From Octopus bimaculoides (Eukaryota): DNA of 64,000 bases. Shown here in pieces: positions 1-13,959 of this stretch. The stretch is from assembly GCF_001194135.2 (NCBI RefSeq), contig NC_068983.1, positions 156,550,338-156,614,337 of the forward strand. The letters run 5' to 3'. Below the pieces are notes generated by a model. It was not told where the DNA came from. It saw only the letters and a program-made list of their open reading frames with translations, and searched no databases. Made by a program: the position numbers and the translations under genes. Numbering within the stretch: the first letter of the stretch is position 1; each line of letters begins with the position of its first letter.

Positions 1-33
<33 letters not shown>

Positions 34-92
34 ATATATATATGTATTTCCATACACGCACATACATACAGATTTATATATATATGCATGCA
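1..92. repeat. (TA)n/(TACA)n microsatellite
   Basis: Directly visible TA/CA dinucleotide runs. Confidence 0.9.
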
Positions 93-1536
93 TAATCGCT
101 TGTGATTATCACATCAGAATTTCTCACATGAAATAAAAACACTTTTGTAATCCTATCGAACATAGCACGGACGGATATCGAAAGGAGACACTGAATGTCG
201 ATTAAAATCAACTGAACAATTTATTCTGCACTACTTTAACAATTCACTTCATCTGCGCTACTTTAGCAAAGCATTTCATCTCACTTCGACACCTGACGTG
301 TGTTACACAGTACACCTGTTCAATCAAAAATCGATTTGATGGAGAGAGTGAACTAATATAGTGCACATTCATTTAAATATTATTAACAAGATATTTGTGC
401 AGTTCATTCTAAAAATATTGGACACTCATACGTCCTGTTCTGCGGCTAAGTCCATTGTTGTAACCTCCATGAATGTGAATAAATTCCAGAAATTGCTGTG
501 CAATTTTTAATGTGCACCATTGCTTCGTAGGTGCCACCAGAGTGTCTTGGTTCATAAGAGAACAGAGAGAGAGAGAGAGACGGGGAGAGAGAAATAAGGA
601 GAGAAAGAGAGAGAGAGCGAATTTGTTCTTTATATATTCGTTCAGATATTCAATGATTGCTAACTTGTGAAGTTACGCCACTTCTTGGGATGATTTAAAG
701 CCTTTGTCGTTTGTTGAGCAGATTTATACAGGATCTGTGTCAACTTTGAAGGATGACCTTTAAGGAGGCGTGTAAATATCACCTGCCTGTAGACCATGAA
801 ATAAATTCTATGGCAGTCAAGAAATTACTGCATATATATGTTTGTCCGTTTGACCAAACCCTCATCAAGTTATTTAAACACAAAATTAAGAGTGAGGTGA
901 GGGCAGAGATTTAGGTCATGCCCTTCAGTAATATTTCTGAAGTGGGATTGAAAGTAGTGAGTGCAGACCAGCTAAACACCGGATCGAAGGACACATGCTC
1001 TGTTTTTTGTAGTGGAATAATCTGGCATTTGAGAACGTCTGGGTAACACGTGTAGCCGTTAGATCTTTTCAATGTTATTTCCTTCTATTGCTTTTATTTT
1101 CATGCATATCCTATCATACGTAAATCTTTGTAATTAACCAAATTTTGTATTTTTACCTTTCCGTAGGATCAACTATTGCTACTTTGCAGCAAAGCTATAA
1201 GCGGTTAGTTATGAGCCTTTTTTTCAGAAATTCTGTGACAGCATTGGACAGAAGTACGTCTTCAGATGTCGTAGTGAACAACCATCTTTCAGAACTATTT
1301 TATACCGTGCCTTCGTCCCTCAACGATACCTTCTCTCTTTTATATATATATTCGGGCTCTCATACTCGACCAGCCTCTCCATCATAAATTTGTCGACAAA
1401 GATTGATTGTTTAGTCTAAGTGAACTGTAAAAAATCGAAGCAAAATCTTTTTGCAGACATATACGTTCTTCCAGACACGCACGCACACATCCATACGTCC
1501 ACATATAAATACGAGAACAAATATGCTCACGTTCGC

Positions 1537-1578
1537 CATATACTCATCCGTATATACTCATCCGTATATACTCATCCG
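1537..1578. repeat. 14-bp tandem repeat x3 (yATATACTCATCCG)
   Basis: catatactcatccg tatatactcatccg tatatactcatccg read directly. Confidence 0.9.
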
Positions 1579-1655
1579 CAGGCACACACTCATGCATGCA
1601 TTCTAGACACGTTCACGTACACATGCGTATGCAGCCAGCAATAACGCACACGTAT

Positions 1656-1659
<4 letters not shown>

Positions 1660-1745
<86 letters not shown>
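1660..1745. repeat. (CT)n microsatellite
   Basis: Directly visible; explains the poly-SL/poly-ER ORFs. Confidence 0.95.
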
Positions 1746-1748
<3 letters not shown>

Positions 1749-2089
1749 CCCTCTTTCCCTCTCCCTTCGCTCTCTCACACACACACACAAATACATGCAC
1801 ACAAACACACAAATACACACACATACTCATAAAACCAATAACACACGGTATTGATATACACAACTGACACATAAACCTAGATATTTGCGCATGGGAGTAC
1901 TCACACCCAACTGATACGCACCTGCACCCATACATACACAGACTCTACGAAGCATGTACATGTGCCATCAGCCCTCACCTACATACAAGCCCTCACTCAC
2001 ACACCAGCTTACGACATACGCAGAGAGACATCAGACAACCACATCCATGCACTCATACATCTGGTATACACACATACGCACATCGTCGC

Positions 2090-2395
2090 CAGCCAAGTTG
2101 CTGTCATCTTCTTATGTCCTTCAAAGCCCGCCCAGGCAGCAAAACATCATCAAATACCTGCTCAGCCCCGTGATCCAAGAAATTCTCCTTTCTAACGCAC
2201 AAGTGTCGCTGAAATTCCGATTTCCTAACAATACCATGTGACCTGCATTGACCAGTAGCAGTTCAGTTTCCAGTAGATATCTTGGATTTCGTCTATCTCT
2301 TCATTCGGTTAACCACGCTTGATTGAGCTAAGTTTCTGCAAGAAGCCTGCGAAATTTCAAGTCACGTAGCGCCGAACAAGCTGTTTTAAATGACT
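2090..2395 (+). mobile_element. Highly decayed 3' end of a CR1/L2-group LINE
   Basis: Manual translation gives SYVLQSPPRQQNII..LKFRF and AKFLQEACEISSHVAPNKLF, which loosely match the C-terminus of the CR1-like fragment at 26.4-27.2 kb. Multiple stops. Confidence 0.3.
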
Positions 2396-3354
2396 ATGTA
2401 TATAAAAAGCAATTGAAGTACAAAGTAGAATCAAATTAAGGTAAGAAAATAGATTTAAATTAGGTCATATAGAACAAGATAAAATTTTAAACTCAAAATA
2501 CAATGCAAAAAATACTAAAGAAATGGTTTAGAGAAACGCCTATTCAAAGCTAATACGCTGAAGCGTCTGAATGAAAGGAAGTGAGCTGATATCAAAAGGT
2601 AATAGCTCAAACTTCTAAGCTAAATAGTGCGTAGTCACTCAAAATGTACAGAATTATGTTAATGAAACAAGAGACTAACACCAATTTCGGTCTATATACT
2701 TGACCAAAGGAAGTATATATTTTATTTCCGAGTGTGTTGCTTTTGAAAAGATTAAATATCTCAACACATATTACCAAATAAGTAACTTTGCATGTGGGGG
2801 AGCAATATCATGTTTTGACATGTAAAATAAGACTTGATATAACTATGCACAAACGTATGAGAGTAACTAACCAAATGTAATCTGTAACAAGTCTGACAAT
2901 TCAGACAAAGAGATCAAATTTTCTCACAGCCTTATTATTATCAAAAAATTATATGAATTTTGATGGTTATCAAGATATGACAATGATGAATTCATTACTC
3001 AGAAATTATTCGAATACCTTCCCAAACACAAGAACAGCAAAAGATAATATGCAAGAGATAAAGTTCGAGATTAGAAGCGCAATCAATAATAAATTAATAC
3101 TCTGGAAAATACAAGAAAGATTTTGAAGCAGAACCGCAACAACAACCAAAATAATAAACCTGCCACATATCACTTCCAAATAAATTAATTTCAATAATAC
3201 AAATCGCCCAGTACTTTTTCTCTACTCATATCAGCCAAAACTCGGAAAATATTTCCCACATGCACAATATATTGATTTTCTGAAGGTATGCATGTGTNNN
3301 NNNNNNNNNNNNNNNNNNNNNNNNNNNNNNNNNNNNNNNNNNNNNNNNNNNNNN

Positions 3355-3455
3355 ATATTTATATATATATACATACATGCATACATACATACATACATAC
3401 ATGCATACATACATACATACATACATACATACATACATACATACATACATACATA
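3355..3455. repeat. (TA)n/(CATA)n microsatellite next to an N-gap
   Basis: Directly visible. Confidence 0.95.
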
Positions 3456-4380
3456 GACAGATTGTGCATAACAAACAGTAGAGGACTCTTTTACGGCTTC
3501 AAATATCTCTCCAACCAGCTCTCTGAGCTGGTATTTATTTTGTTTAATCTCAGTCACATGTTCGCGCATTTATCGTCAATACACACAGACACACACAAGC
3601 ACACACACACACACATACACTCACTCACACAATGTATACATATATATATATATGAAAGAAGGTTTGAAAATGCACTTATTTTAAAGATATTTATTTACTT
3701 AACCGGTTTCACTTTTTTAGAAAAAGATTATCAAAAGTCTTTGAGAATAATAAAAAATGTTAAAAAACAGTTTGAGTATTAAAATGCATATATACATTCT
3801 TTGATGATAAAATATATTTAAAGTATAAAGCTTTGTATGAACTTTGTAGTGTTACATACTGATTATCACACATTCTCTGATAATAAGATGAAAATGTCAA
3901 AAACAGTGTATGAAAATACATATATGGAAAAATACATATACATATTCTTTGATAATCGAATAAAGTTGAGGAGGAACTGACCTGGCTTTTTTCTCTTGTG
4001 TATATTGAGGGAATGTTTTGCTGTCTTAAGAGACAGTATGACTGGCTAACTGGGGTATGCGTGTGTATATGGAGGGTGCACCTTTGTGTGTATGTGTGTG
4101 TGTGTGTGTAGAACCAGTATCTTTGCATAATTGCATAAATACCACATAATGAGATAAAGCTAACAGAAGAAACAATTGCAACCCTAAAATAACAAAAGAT
4201 GTAACGCATTAAGCTCTCTAGAAAACAATAAATTACATATAAAAAGAAAACGGTTTTACTCTACCGAAAAGACAATGATATATAACTTCGAGCGAAATGA
4301 GATATGCAACAAGTGGTGCGATAAAAACAAACGTGCAAAACACAACTCAAATATTATGTAATTATAATGATTAATGATGA

Positions 4381-4597
4381 TAATCCTTTCTATTATAGGC
4401 ACAAGGCCTGAAATTCGGTGGAGGGAGATATACAATTACATCGACCCCAAAGCGTAACTGGTACTTAGTTTATCGACTCCGAAAGGATGAATGGTAAAGT
4501 CGACCTCGTCGGAATTTGAACTAAGAACGTAGCGGCAAACAAAATCGCGCTAAGCATTTCGTCCGGCGTCCTAACGATTCTGCCAACTCGCTGCCTT
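4381..4597 (-). mobile_element. tRNA-derived SINE (family 1), near full length
   Basis: Minus strand starts aaggcagcgagttggcagaatcg (A-box-like), contains agttcaaattcc (B-box-like) and ends aaggattatcatt. Homologous copies at 39001, 54370 and 60990. Confidence 0.75.
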
Positions 4598-5045
4598 AGG
4601 ATTAATAATAATAATGCTGGCGGATTTGATAACTATACGCTTATCACTCACACAACTGAATTTGCTCTCCTGTGGGAATTATCTAATACAAATTTTTCGT
4701 TGAACCTAATTCTCTGCTGTTCATTGTTAAGTAGGCATGAGTTTCATAAGTTTTAATTATTTTCTAACTTTTTATTTTATTACTTGATATTCTATCTGGG
4801 CGACATTGTTTGGTTTTGTTCGCAACAAAGCAACATTAAGATTCATTGCAAAACATGTGAGAAGATACAGAAGATAGGTGAATTATATTGAGTTTTATTG
4901 AAAAGCGGTTGCTATTGAAACCAGTATGAGAATGCACAATTAAAAGAAAATGAATAGGCAAAATTAGCCAATTATAAACCATGAATTTAATAGTATCAAA
5001 GATTCACAAAGATTTCATAAAGGAGCTCAATAAGCCCATTATCTC

Positions 5046-5145
5046 GAGTGAATGTCATCATCGTCATCACCACCATCACCACCATCACCACCACCACCAT
5101 CACCACCGCCACCATCACCACTACTACCACCATCACACCACCATC
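5046..5145. repeat. (CAT/CAC)n trinucleotide repeat
   Basis: Directly visible; source of the spurious poly-His ORF. Confidence 0.9.
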
Positions 5146-5478
5146 AGTTCCAGTGGAAAATATATCAGCAACCTCCAGTGTTATTGATGATTGTTGCTTA
5201 GACGAAATGATAAAGTCATAAAAACAACGATGTTCGTGTTTGTTTATGGCCATGTAACTTAGTATGACGTACCATCGTCTGCAAAGATGCCCAAAATTAC
5301 ACAAATGACGTAGAAAAGCTGAACTAAATATTGGAAACATGAGTTATTATTTAACTGGCTTTTTGTTTATATTTGCAATATCAAAAATTCAAACCTGTTC
5401 TTGACTCTATATATGTGTTCATATATGCAGACCCTATATAGCTCTGTGTTTTACAGCTAGTTTTGTTTAAATATGTTA

Positions 5479-6290
5479 ATGCATGACCTGTCTGATTTCT
5501 AAAGAGGACAGTTGTTGGTGTAGCGGTGGCTGGAGCTTCAGTCACTAAAACTACCAAATTGCTGAAAATTCAGAGAGAGGGCCGTCAGAATAATGAAACG
5601 AATTGAATCTAAAAATAAAGCATTGAACTACGATGGCGAAAATGAGAGCAGAGATAAACCATCACCTTGCCAACCCGGTGTTAACACACATTGTTCGTTG
5701 TGAGTTCCGTGGGAGAGATGCCATTACTAAGCCGCTACGCTATCAGTATTGCTAATTAGAAAAATGGTGACCAGACGTTCAGAAATTGTCAACAGCTCAT
5801 TAGTACAAGGTCATCCTCTCCGATAAATTATTCTTCACTCTTTTGTTCACTTCGGGGTTAGTTTAAGTTTGGTGACAGCTCAATCCAGACATTTTAGGCA
5901 TATCAAGAACTATGCAGCTATCGCTGTCATAATTTGAGCAGCCGTATCATATAATTTTCCTGGTTCGTTAGTTGCTCGAAGTGGCAAAGTAAACGCTGAG
6001 AATTATTTGAGTATTTTAGTTAAACACTTTTCAATGTCAAAAGCAGTATTTTCTCATAGTAGCTCAGTCTTCTAGGACAATAGTGCACAGAGAACACAAA
6101 TGTGAATTAGATCACTTGAAATGGTTCCGTAATCACCTCATTTTGATTTATTCGGAAATTTATACTGCATTTTTGAACAGCAAGTGAGTAGCCGTCACCC
6201 TCTGGCATCCTCATAGTGTTTACTTGAAGAAGGACTGAAAATTACATTCTCTGAAATTTAATTATCTCTGAAGATTTGACAAATAAATCA
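5479..6290 (+). mobile_element. Decayed Tc1-family (DD34E-type) transposase
   Basis: Translation across frameshifts gives MHDLSDF*RGQ.VGVAVAGASVTKTTKLL, PVLTHIVRCEFRGRDAITKPL, KVILSDKLFFTL, VII*AAVSY..SGKVNAENY and VF*DNSA. These are collinear with Tc1-like transposases (GQIVGARLAGASVTKTA, VIWSDESSFTL, VFQDDNA). Confidence 0.7.
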
Positions 6291-6830
6291 TTAATATTAT
6301 ATAACTAAAGAATAATTTATCATAGAAATGCACATAACACGGTGTAACTAAATATAAGATAAACGATCATTCACATTTTGTTTCGTTTTCTACTTATACT
6401 CTATGCAACATTCAAACCCGGATTTATAATATAGGAAACATATGAGAATTAGATCATATATGGAATTTTAAGTAATGGTTCATTTGTGACGCAATGTAAG
6501 GTTTAAATTGCACTGGACGAATATATAAATATATATTTAGAACTGTATACAGATAGTATGGAACGACAGATAGAAGAGTGAGACTAGGTAGATACATATA
6601 CATATATGCATGTATATAAAAATATATTTGTGTGTTGTGTACACAATTGTTATAATGCAGATAAAGGCAGAATTATTGAAATGCATTTTCTAAAGGTTAT
6701 GATATTACCTGTTTTCAAATTGATGCCCATTGTATTTCAGACATTGTTGACAATGCAAAAGCAATGGAGTCACAAGGACCAAGTAACATGTCATTGGGTA
6801 TTTGAGTGCATTCTCATTAAATAACAATAC

Positions 6831-7330
6831 TCAGTTCAACGACTGTTTTTGGTTTTGTATCGTACACTCTATCTTTTGAGTGTCCTCATAAGAAAAGTTT
6901 AAATGGGTGAGGTCTGGTGAACGTGGAGGGTATTCTACAAAAAACTTCTTTCGATCCCCGTTTGGCAAGATCTCCTTAAGGTAGGATCGTGATGTTCCAT
7001 CTTGCTGAATATAAAATTCCTCATCTTCCAAGACTTCTCTAATGCTTGACATGACAGAGTGCTTTAGCATGTTCAAGTAAACGGGATCCAGTCACACTAG
7101 CATCGAAAAAGAATATTCCAATTGGTTCTCTTGATGTAATGTGACACTGTAATTTCTGGTAAATTATCTCTATGTTCCACTGTAACAAGTGGATTTTTGA
7201 GGCTGCCAGCATGTGCAATTATAGCGGTTAATTGAACCATTTAATTTAAATGTGGTCTCAACACTCCACACAACTTCTGTTGAAAAGGGCGTGCGTGTGT
7301 GTGCACGCGTGTCTGCAATCAGATAACCGC
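6831..7330 (-). mobile_element. Decayed Tc1/mariner-superfamily transposase, catalytic region
   Basis: [30 protein letters not shown] and YPPRSPDLTHLNF motifs in the ORF track. Confidence 0.75.
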
Positions 7331-8272
7331 AAAGTGACTGACGCAGCAACGTAATTTCATTTTTATTTTCTTGTTTGAGATTGTGTGCGTATTTATGGAA
7401 CATATATGATTGTACTTTAATGTTTATAATGTTTGCTGCCCTTGGTATTGCCACTAAAACTACTCTCCCAAACATTTAACGTATATGTTTGCCTATGATA
7501 TTAGAGGAAAATATTTTCTTTCGGTGAGAAAACGAAGCGGCAGTCACAATAATAATACTAATATGCATACTGTGTGCGTTATCGGCGTTGTTGATATTGT
7601 TCAGGGCGTAAGACTGTCAGAAACGGTAATACTTAAGCTTTAATGTAAACATTATTCACCAGTGCATCTACATTTCTGATTTAAAAACCTACTTGATGTC
7701 ATCTTTGTCATTCATTCCACCACCACCACCACCACCAGTCTGAGAAATTTAAAGTAAATAAAATATTATGCTCGTTTCAATCACCAACACAACTATGGAC
7801 ATTATGTCAATTTGTGTAGAGTTTATCAACATCACCACGCAGTCATTATCAGGCAGGACACCGGCACCAGTAGAGTTCCAGTAATTATCAGCACCAACAA
7901 AAATATCATCATCATCGTTCGTCAGCAGCAGTATAGTCTTCACCATCAACAGTAGCTTAGTTCCAGTAATCACTGTCTGAATGAAGAATAACAGTTGAAA
8001 ACAGGCTTTAACACCCTAAAAGTTCTGCTGGTTCTGCTGACATATCTGTCAGACATAACGTTTTACTAATTGCGTATAACAAACAGCATCATCCCTATAT
8101 GCAGCAGCAATAGAATCTTCTGGAGATACAACCGTTTCTTTTAATATCACAGTAACAAAACAAACATATTCTACCCCAACGTTCTAAATCAAAGAGAAAA
8201 CCAAGTAGGAAATATATCATTAGAAGGATATGAATGGTCAGGTGGATAAATCGTTAGAATGATATATCAATA

Positions 8273-9110
8273 TACAGGGTGATAATACAGTCACTATACA
8301 GTTATTTATAATAAAAAAGCATAGCAGAATCAGAAAAAGAGCAAAGCAATACACACGACATAGAAACAGGGTCACGACTATAACTTATAAATCCTCTAAG
8401 TTGGTTTATAATTGCAGCTTATCGGAAGTTAATCTGACCAATGAGAGAAGTTTACGTAATCTATTATCTAACTTAATGCGTTATAAATGTTGGCTTGTTC
8501 TCGAATGTTATTTTTAATTATGTCTCGCCAAATGACAAGCTAAGAGTCAATTCATTCTGAAAAGGTACTGGAAACATGAAAATACTGCAGATGTCTTCAA
8601 ACAATGGCAGGAAACATTTGAAACACCTCCACCAAACGACTGACTATTTATCAAAATTTGTGATAAATTCAATAACATAGGCTCTGTGCTAGATGCTCCA
8701 CGCTGTGGTCAACCAAAACCGATTTGCACAGAAGAAAACAAATATCTGGTTAGTGAATCAGCATTACAAAGTCCTCGTAAATCAACAAGATGCTGTGCTC
8801 TGCAGTTGGGCATAAATAGAAGATCGTTTCAGATGATGCTGGAAGTATTAACCTACAAGCCTTACGTACCATGACTTATCCGTGGATTAATTGAAGATGA
8901 TGGTCTTTGTCGTCTACAGTTCTGCAAAATCTTCTTTAATCATTGTGAAGTTACACCTCCTCTACTCGACAAGATAGTGTTGTCTGACGAAACACACTTC
9001 AAGCTTACCTGCAAGTGTAAAAAAACACAATTGCACGTACCAGGCGTCAGAAAATCCTCATCTAACCGTCCAAAGTCAATTGAACCAATCAGAAGTCACT
9101 AATTAACCAG
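8273..9110 (+). mobile_element. 5' half of a Tc1/mariner-superfamily element (TA + CAGGGTG TIR start, HTH, first catalytic D)
   Basis: TACAGGGTGAT at 8273. Translation WQETFETPPP..DKFNNIGSVLDAPRCGQPKP..SPRKSTR..LQLGI..YKPY..KIVLSDETHFKL; stops and frameshifts present. Confidence 0.75.
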
Positions 9111-9129
9111 AACCATTTTAATAACAAAT

Positions 9130-9480
9130 TTCTGGACTGTTAATTAATTGCTTTGTCTTAATTGTTATTCTAAGTAACTGTATAGTGTCTACATTGCCAC
9201 TCGGTATATTTATGTTGGGTGTTCTGATATAAGCAGAAAAAAAACAACTCATAGAAGATTCCGTCCGAGATTCGTTAGTTTGATCAGATTTATGTGTAGG
9301 TGGTTTGTAGATGTTTGTTTAAAGTAATCAATGGGATTTTCAGGGAACTCGATATGAGGAGTCGGAGCCTGTTTTGTAGTTGATGGCAATGTTGTCTCAG
9401 ATAAGTTCTGAACTGGTTTGAGTCCCTAATTGAATTGGTGTATATTTTATAAAAAGAAAATACAACTTTTAAAATTTGAA
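9130..9480 (-). mobile_element. Possible decayed Penelope-like pre-RT/RT N-terminal fragment
   Basis: Frameshifted pieces SELI*DNIAINYK, ITLNKH and NLIKLTNLGRN resemble PLE motifs (DNITKTYK, ITLKDHK, LINPTKSNLGRISK). Weak. Confidence 0.3.
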
Positions 9481-10410
9481 TTTAATTAGGGAGAAAATAA
9501 AAGTGAGCTTACTGGCGACTGGTATCTAACAATTTAACTTCTTAAAGTAAAATGTTGTCCTTATAGCAGATATACATCCTCAACAGAAACTTTTTCCACG
9601 AGGATAGCCGTGGTGGAACGCTCACTCAATAACCCATTTTCCAATACAAGACGAAGGGACGTTTATGTAGTGATGATCTTAATATTGCATCAAATACAAG
9701 ACGTCAAACAACCAATTCTCATGCAGGCATTACTATATTTTTAGATTAGAATTATTGTCGCTGCTCTCTGTTATACAACAATATTACACTGGCCATTCCG
9801 AGTTGGTGGTACGTGGGTGAAGGTACTACCTGGAACACACCCATCATCCAAGACTAACCTTGATATATCCAGGAAAGTCATAAATAGAAAATAGGGTGTT
9901 CAAGTAAAAAAAAAAGACGGTCACTGGAAAAAAATCTCGACTTACAGAAGTAGATGTAAAACGAGATTATTCACGCACAACGATAAGTAGCACATGCGTC
10001 GATGGTTCAAATTAACTTATGAACCGTGTAACTTGAGGAGCGGATAAGCGTATACGTAGAATAATAATCATTATTTCAATAAAACCCTTATCAACGTATA
10101 ATAATTATTAGATTCGGAATATATTATTAGTTATGGAATATCCAGCTACTAGTGTTACTTTACTAATACCTTTCATATTAGACACTTCTACTCGATACAC
10201 TTACCTCGATTTCTTCTCTGAAATTCACTGTTACTTCCAAACGAATAAAATCACCAAACAATTTAACCATTGAAGTTCTAAAGTAGAGGTTTAACAACTG
10301 GTTGTTTATTGATATGATTTTGTTGAAAATAGAAATACGAAAATAAACATGTGATTCTCCTTATATGTACACACACACACACAAACACACACACACATAA
10401 ATACATATCC

Positions 10411-10658
10411 TTGCCATTATGTTAAACTGTCGTTTGTCCAAATATGGCCAAACCCGATTTTTTTTTTCAATATTTATTTTTGCTTGAAATAGCCGGTTCT
10501 TTTGGTCAAACTATCGTATCTCCAGCTGCTTCAGATGCCAAGATATCAAAAATTATCAAAGTGTATTACAACGGTTTTGCTAAGGAATGGTGAAAGTATT
10601 TTTTTTGTTTTCTGAAAGAGCGACGTCTTGGAGTTACGACAAATTGGCATAATAGCAA
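10411..10658. mobile_element. Putative old MITE (~250 bp, imperfect 23-bp TIRs)
   Basis: ttgccattatgttaaactgtcgt (10411-10433) matches the reverse complement of 10636-10658 at 18/23. Confidence 0.3.
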
Positions 10659-10984
10659 CGATATATGCATTGCAGATGAGATCCAGAGATTCTCAGTTCA
10701 CAAGATTGTAGTGCTCAACAGATTCAAACTTAGACTCCGATGTCTTTACAGGGGATCGATTCCGTAAAGCAAAGAATGGCTGCAAGATGGATCAAGTTGA
10801 GCGAATATAGAGGCAATTATGCAGATAAACAAATTAGATACATTAAATATATTAAATGTATTTAATATATTGCGAGTGATACTTAAAAATTTATTATCTA
10901 AAAGTCTCTACCTTTTGCTTTTTCTCATTTTGCATATATAAATATGTACGTATTTTGAATTTCTTATCCAAACTATGACAGTTA

Positions 10985-11400
10985 ATGTATTTACCCCGCT
11001 TTCGCTAAGCTGAAGTATTGTTTTTAGTCGTGTTTATTTGTCAGTGAGGAAGATATCTCAAAAACCACTGGATGGATTCGGATGAAACTTTCAGGGATGT
11101 TTGGACTCATAACTGGCATGAACTAATTAGATTTGGGGATCGATCCGGTACCAGACAAGGATTCTGAATTATTTGTTATATTTACTTTACTTTACATGAT
11201 TACGATCTTACGTTACTTTTCAAGTCTTTCTCAATTATCCCCCTTTAGGTGGTAACTATTTTGAATGGTGAATTTAACTTTGGCTTGTATTTGATATGGT
11301 TAAACTATTTATTACTGCTACTAAATTTTCTAAAGCCACCTTCACATTCCATGACTATCACTGGGACCGATCAGGTACTGGACAATTTTTCTAGATTAAT
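10985..11400 (+). mobile_element. Non-autonomous Helentron/HINE-like interspersed repeat
   Basis: tatttaccccgc..tgtttatttgtcagtgaggaagatatctcaaaaaccactggatggattcggatgaaactttcagggatg..ttagatttggggatcgatccgg follows a pattern I recognise from HINE-type elements. Not verifiable here. Confidence 0.4.
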
Positions 11401-11895
11401 TTTCTTTTATTTTACTTTATATATATACGTATATATATATATATATATATNNNNNNNNNNNNNNNNNNNNNNNNNNNNNNNNNNNNNNNNNNNNNNNNNN
11501 NNNNNNNNNNNNNNNNNNNNNNNNNNNNNNNNNNNNNNNNNNNNNNNNNNNNNNNNNNNNNNNNNNNNNNNNNNNNNNNNNNNNNNNNNNNNNNNNNNNN
11601 NNNNNNNNNNNNNNNNNNNNNNNNNNNNNNNNNNNNNNNNNNNNNNNNNNNNNNNNNNNNNNNNNNNNNNNNNNNNNNNNNNNNNNNNNNNNNNNNNNNN
11701 NNNNNNNNNNNNNNNNNNNNNNNNNNNNNNNNNNNNNNNNNNNNNNNNNNNNNNNNNNNNNNNNNNNNNNNNNNNNNNNNNNNNNNNNNNNNNNNNNNNN
11801 NNNNNNNNNNNNNNNNNNNNNNNNNNNNNNNNNNNNNNNNNNNNNNNNNNNNNNNNNNNNNGTGTGTGTGTGTGTGTTTGCGGTGGAGGGTGTTA

Positions 11896-12545
11896 TATTG
11901 GACCATCTCATAAGTAATGCGATTTTTTATACTTTTATTTTTCAAAATTAAGATAAACAAAGTTCTTTTTAAATCTAAAATACAATCTCCTTAATTTTCT
12001 ACAATGTTCTTCCATCTATCTGGTAGAGTTGCAAGGCACCCTCTTCCAAAATTCACTTATCCGTGACGAGCAATACTCCTTCAGTACTGTTCTGACCTCG
12101 TCTACAGAATTAATATTTTTTCCGTCCAAATGATTTTGAAGACTGCAGAATAAATGATAATCAGATGGAGCAACGTCCGACGAATATTGTGAGTGGGGAA
12201 TCGTTTCCCATTCAAACTGCTCCGACCTTTGGGATGTCATCCTCGCTGTATCTGACCGAGCATTATCCTGATGGATGACTACCTTTCGTTGTGAAGCTAA
12301 AGATGGTCGTTTTTCTTCTAGCACTGACTTAAGCCGCACAAGCTGCTTGCACTAGATTTTTTTTTATCGTGTGGTTTGGGTTTAAAAGTTCAAAGTAGAC
12401 TAAACCTTTCAGATCCCACCAAACAGATGACAACACCTTACGTGAGTGAAGACCTTCTTTAGCCTGGAGTGTTGGTGTTTCACCTTTCCCTACCCAGTAT
12501 CTTCGATGCTTGACAATTTTATAGTTTTGAGGAAACCATTGACCC
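11896..12545 (-). mobile_element. Mariner transposase C-terminal remnant (mellifera-like) with 3' TIR
   Basis: RRYWVGKGETP..GLHSRKVLSSVWWDLKGLVYFELL..KRPSL..VVIHQDNAR..DVAPSDYHLFCSLQNHLDGK. TA + TTGGACCATCTCATAAGTAATGCG TIR-like end at 11896. Confidence 0.85.
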
Positions 12546-13959
12546 AATTTGCTGCTTTTCCGATGGCACGCACATGTTGATGACATGTATATATATGTTG
12601 AACGCCTCGTTCACATCACTAGTAGATCGATAACGGCTCAGTTGCTGGAATTTGTAAAATTTGTCCAAATTAGTATTAATTAGAGTCCCACGAAGTAGCT
12701 CGGAATATAATATATGCATGTATAAGGATATTTAAGACAATCGTGTATACTCTCCAACCTGAGAAGATCTTTCCTTAAAGAAAATGGTGCGGAAGAAATA
12801 TCTTCTCTTAGACTACGTATGTGTAAATATATTGAGATATGAAATTACCGTTCGGGAAACGCATTCATTTCCGGTTCGAGCCATGATAACTAATTCCAGC
12901 TTATTTTTAACGGGTAAACTCGAAGTAGATAATGCTATAAATAATAGAGTACATATTATTGCTTGCATTTCTTATATATCACAACTCTCGTTCGGATAGA
13001 ATTGTTAACTGGGTAGTTGTAGGTAATGCCGCGTACCACCACAGAAACACATGTGTCCCACAGTACAATAACGTCATTCATAGCCCAAAACTTTTTGTCT
13101 GAGAATTTTCTCCAGAGATTATTTCCTCAGCAAACGATCATCCCATGGTCGAGTGTACTCAGATGTGTTAAATATCATTGTACAGACAGCTTCAATGCTG
13201 CTTCGTTCGACTCTATTTAATGTCTGTGTGTGTGTGTGCGGGCGTGTGTGTGTGTACAAAGGAAGATAAATTACATAAGTAAATACATAAGACATTCAAA
13301 GCTAGTAATTTACATGCTAATGAACTCTTAGTTCAATTAAGATGTTTTGGTGGATATAGTAATTCTGCACCATGTGGTCTTTCATACTTTTTATTGGTTA
13401 GCTTGATCAGATGATAAAGTAAATGGCATGTAGTTGTGGTATGGAGTAGCGTAGTCTTCTTGGCTGATGGTCTGATCATACTGTTGTTTATGTGTTTTTA
13501 GATATTTATTCAGAAACCGATACAGGAATATCATGGAGTATTTGTAGCTCTTTAACTTTGGTTACGATTCTGTATTTGCTTTGCGATGCCTTCCAAGTAA
13601 CTATAGCTAACTTTTATATTATTTTTTTTAAGAGATTATTGACCGTTGAGACTGCCAGGTGCCAGAGAAATGTTATTTTATCATTATCAAGAAATTCCAG
13701 CGGTATATCTTGTAATATGTCTGCTGCTCGTTGGCGTTTATTCTGTGCGACGATTTTTCTTTATTCTTTCCTTTAAAACAACGTGTGTTGAATATGTCAA
13801 AGTACAGGAATGTGACATGTTTGAATATAACACTCAGTGCCGATTGGGTATATCTCAACGAATATTATTTAATATTTTTTTGACTTCAGGTGAAATATCT
13901 AATAGAAATATTTTGCCACATCATATTTTCGTTTAACTCTCTATAAGAACGATGCACAC

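Noticed and set aside
280-1000. Possible MULE-like transposase remnant on the minus strand
   Set aside because: Only a vague resemblance (YLHASLKV vs YLDGTFKV) with many stops; not supportable.
2400-2450. AAG|GTAAGA consensus splice donor
   Set aside because: No open upstream frame or acceptor supports an exon; it lies at the end of decayed LINE-like sequence.
4981-5187. Poly-histidine ORF resembling a metal-binding peptide
   Set aside because: It is a translated (CAT/CAC)n microsatellite, with no other coding or splice support.
6831-9110. Two oppositely oriented Tc1/mariner pieces as a composite or inverted element
   Set aside because: The shared region is clearly diverged between the two and no common outer TIR pair was found; independent old insertions are simpler.
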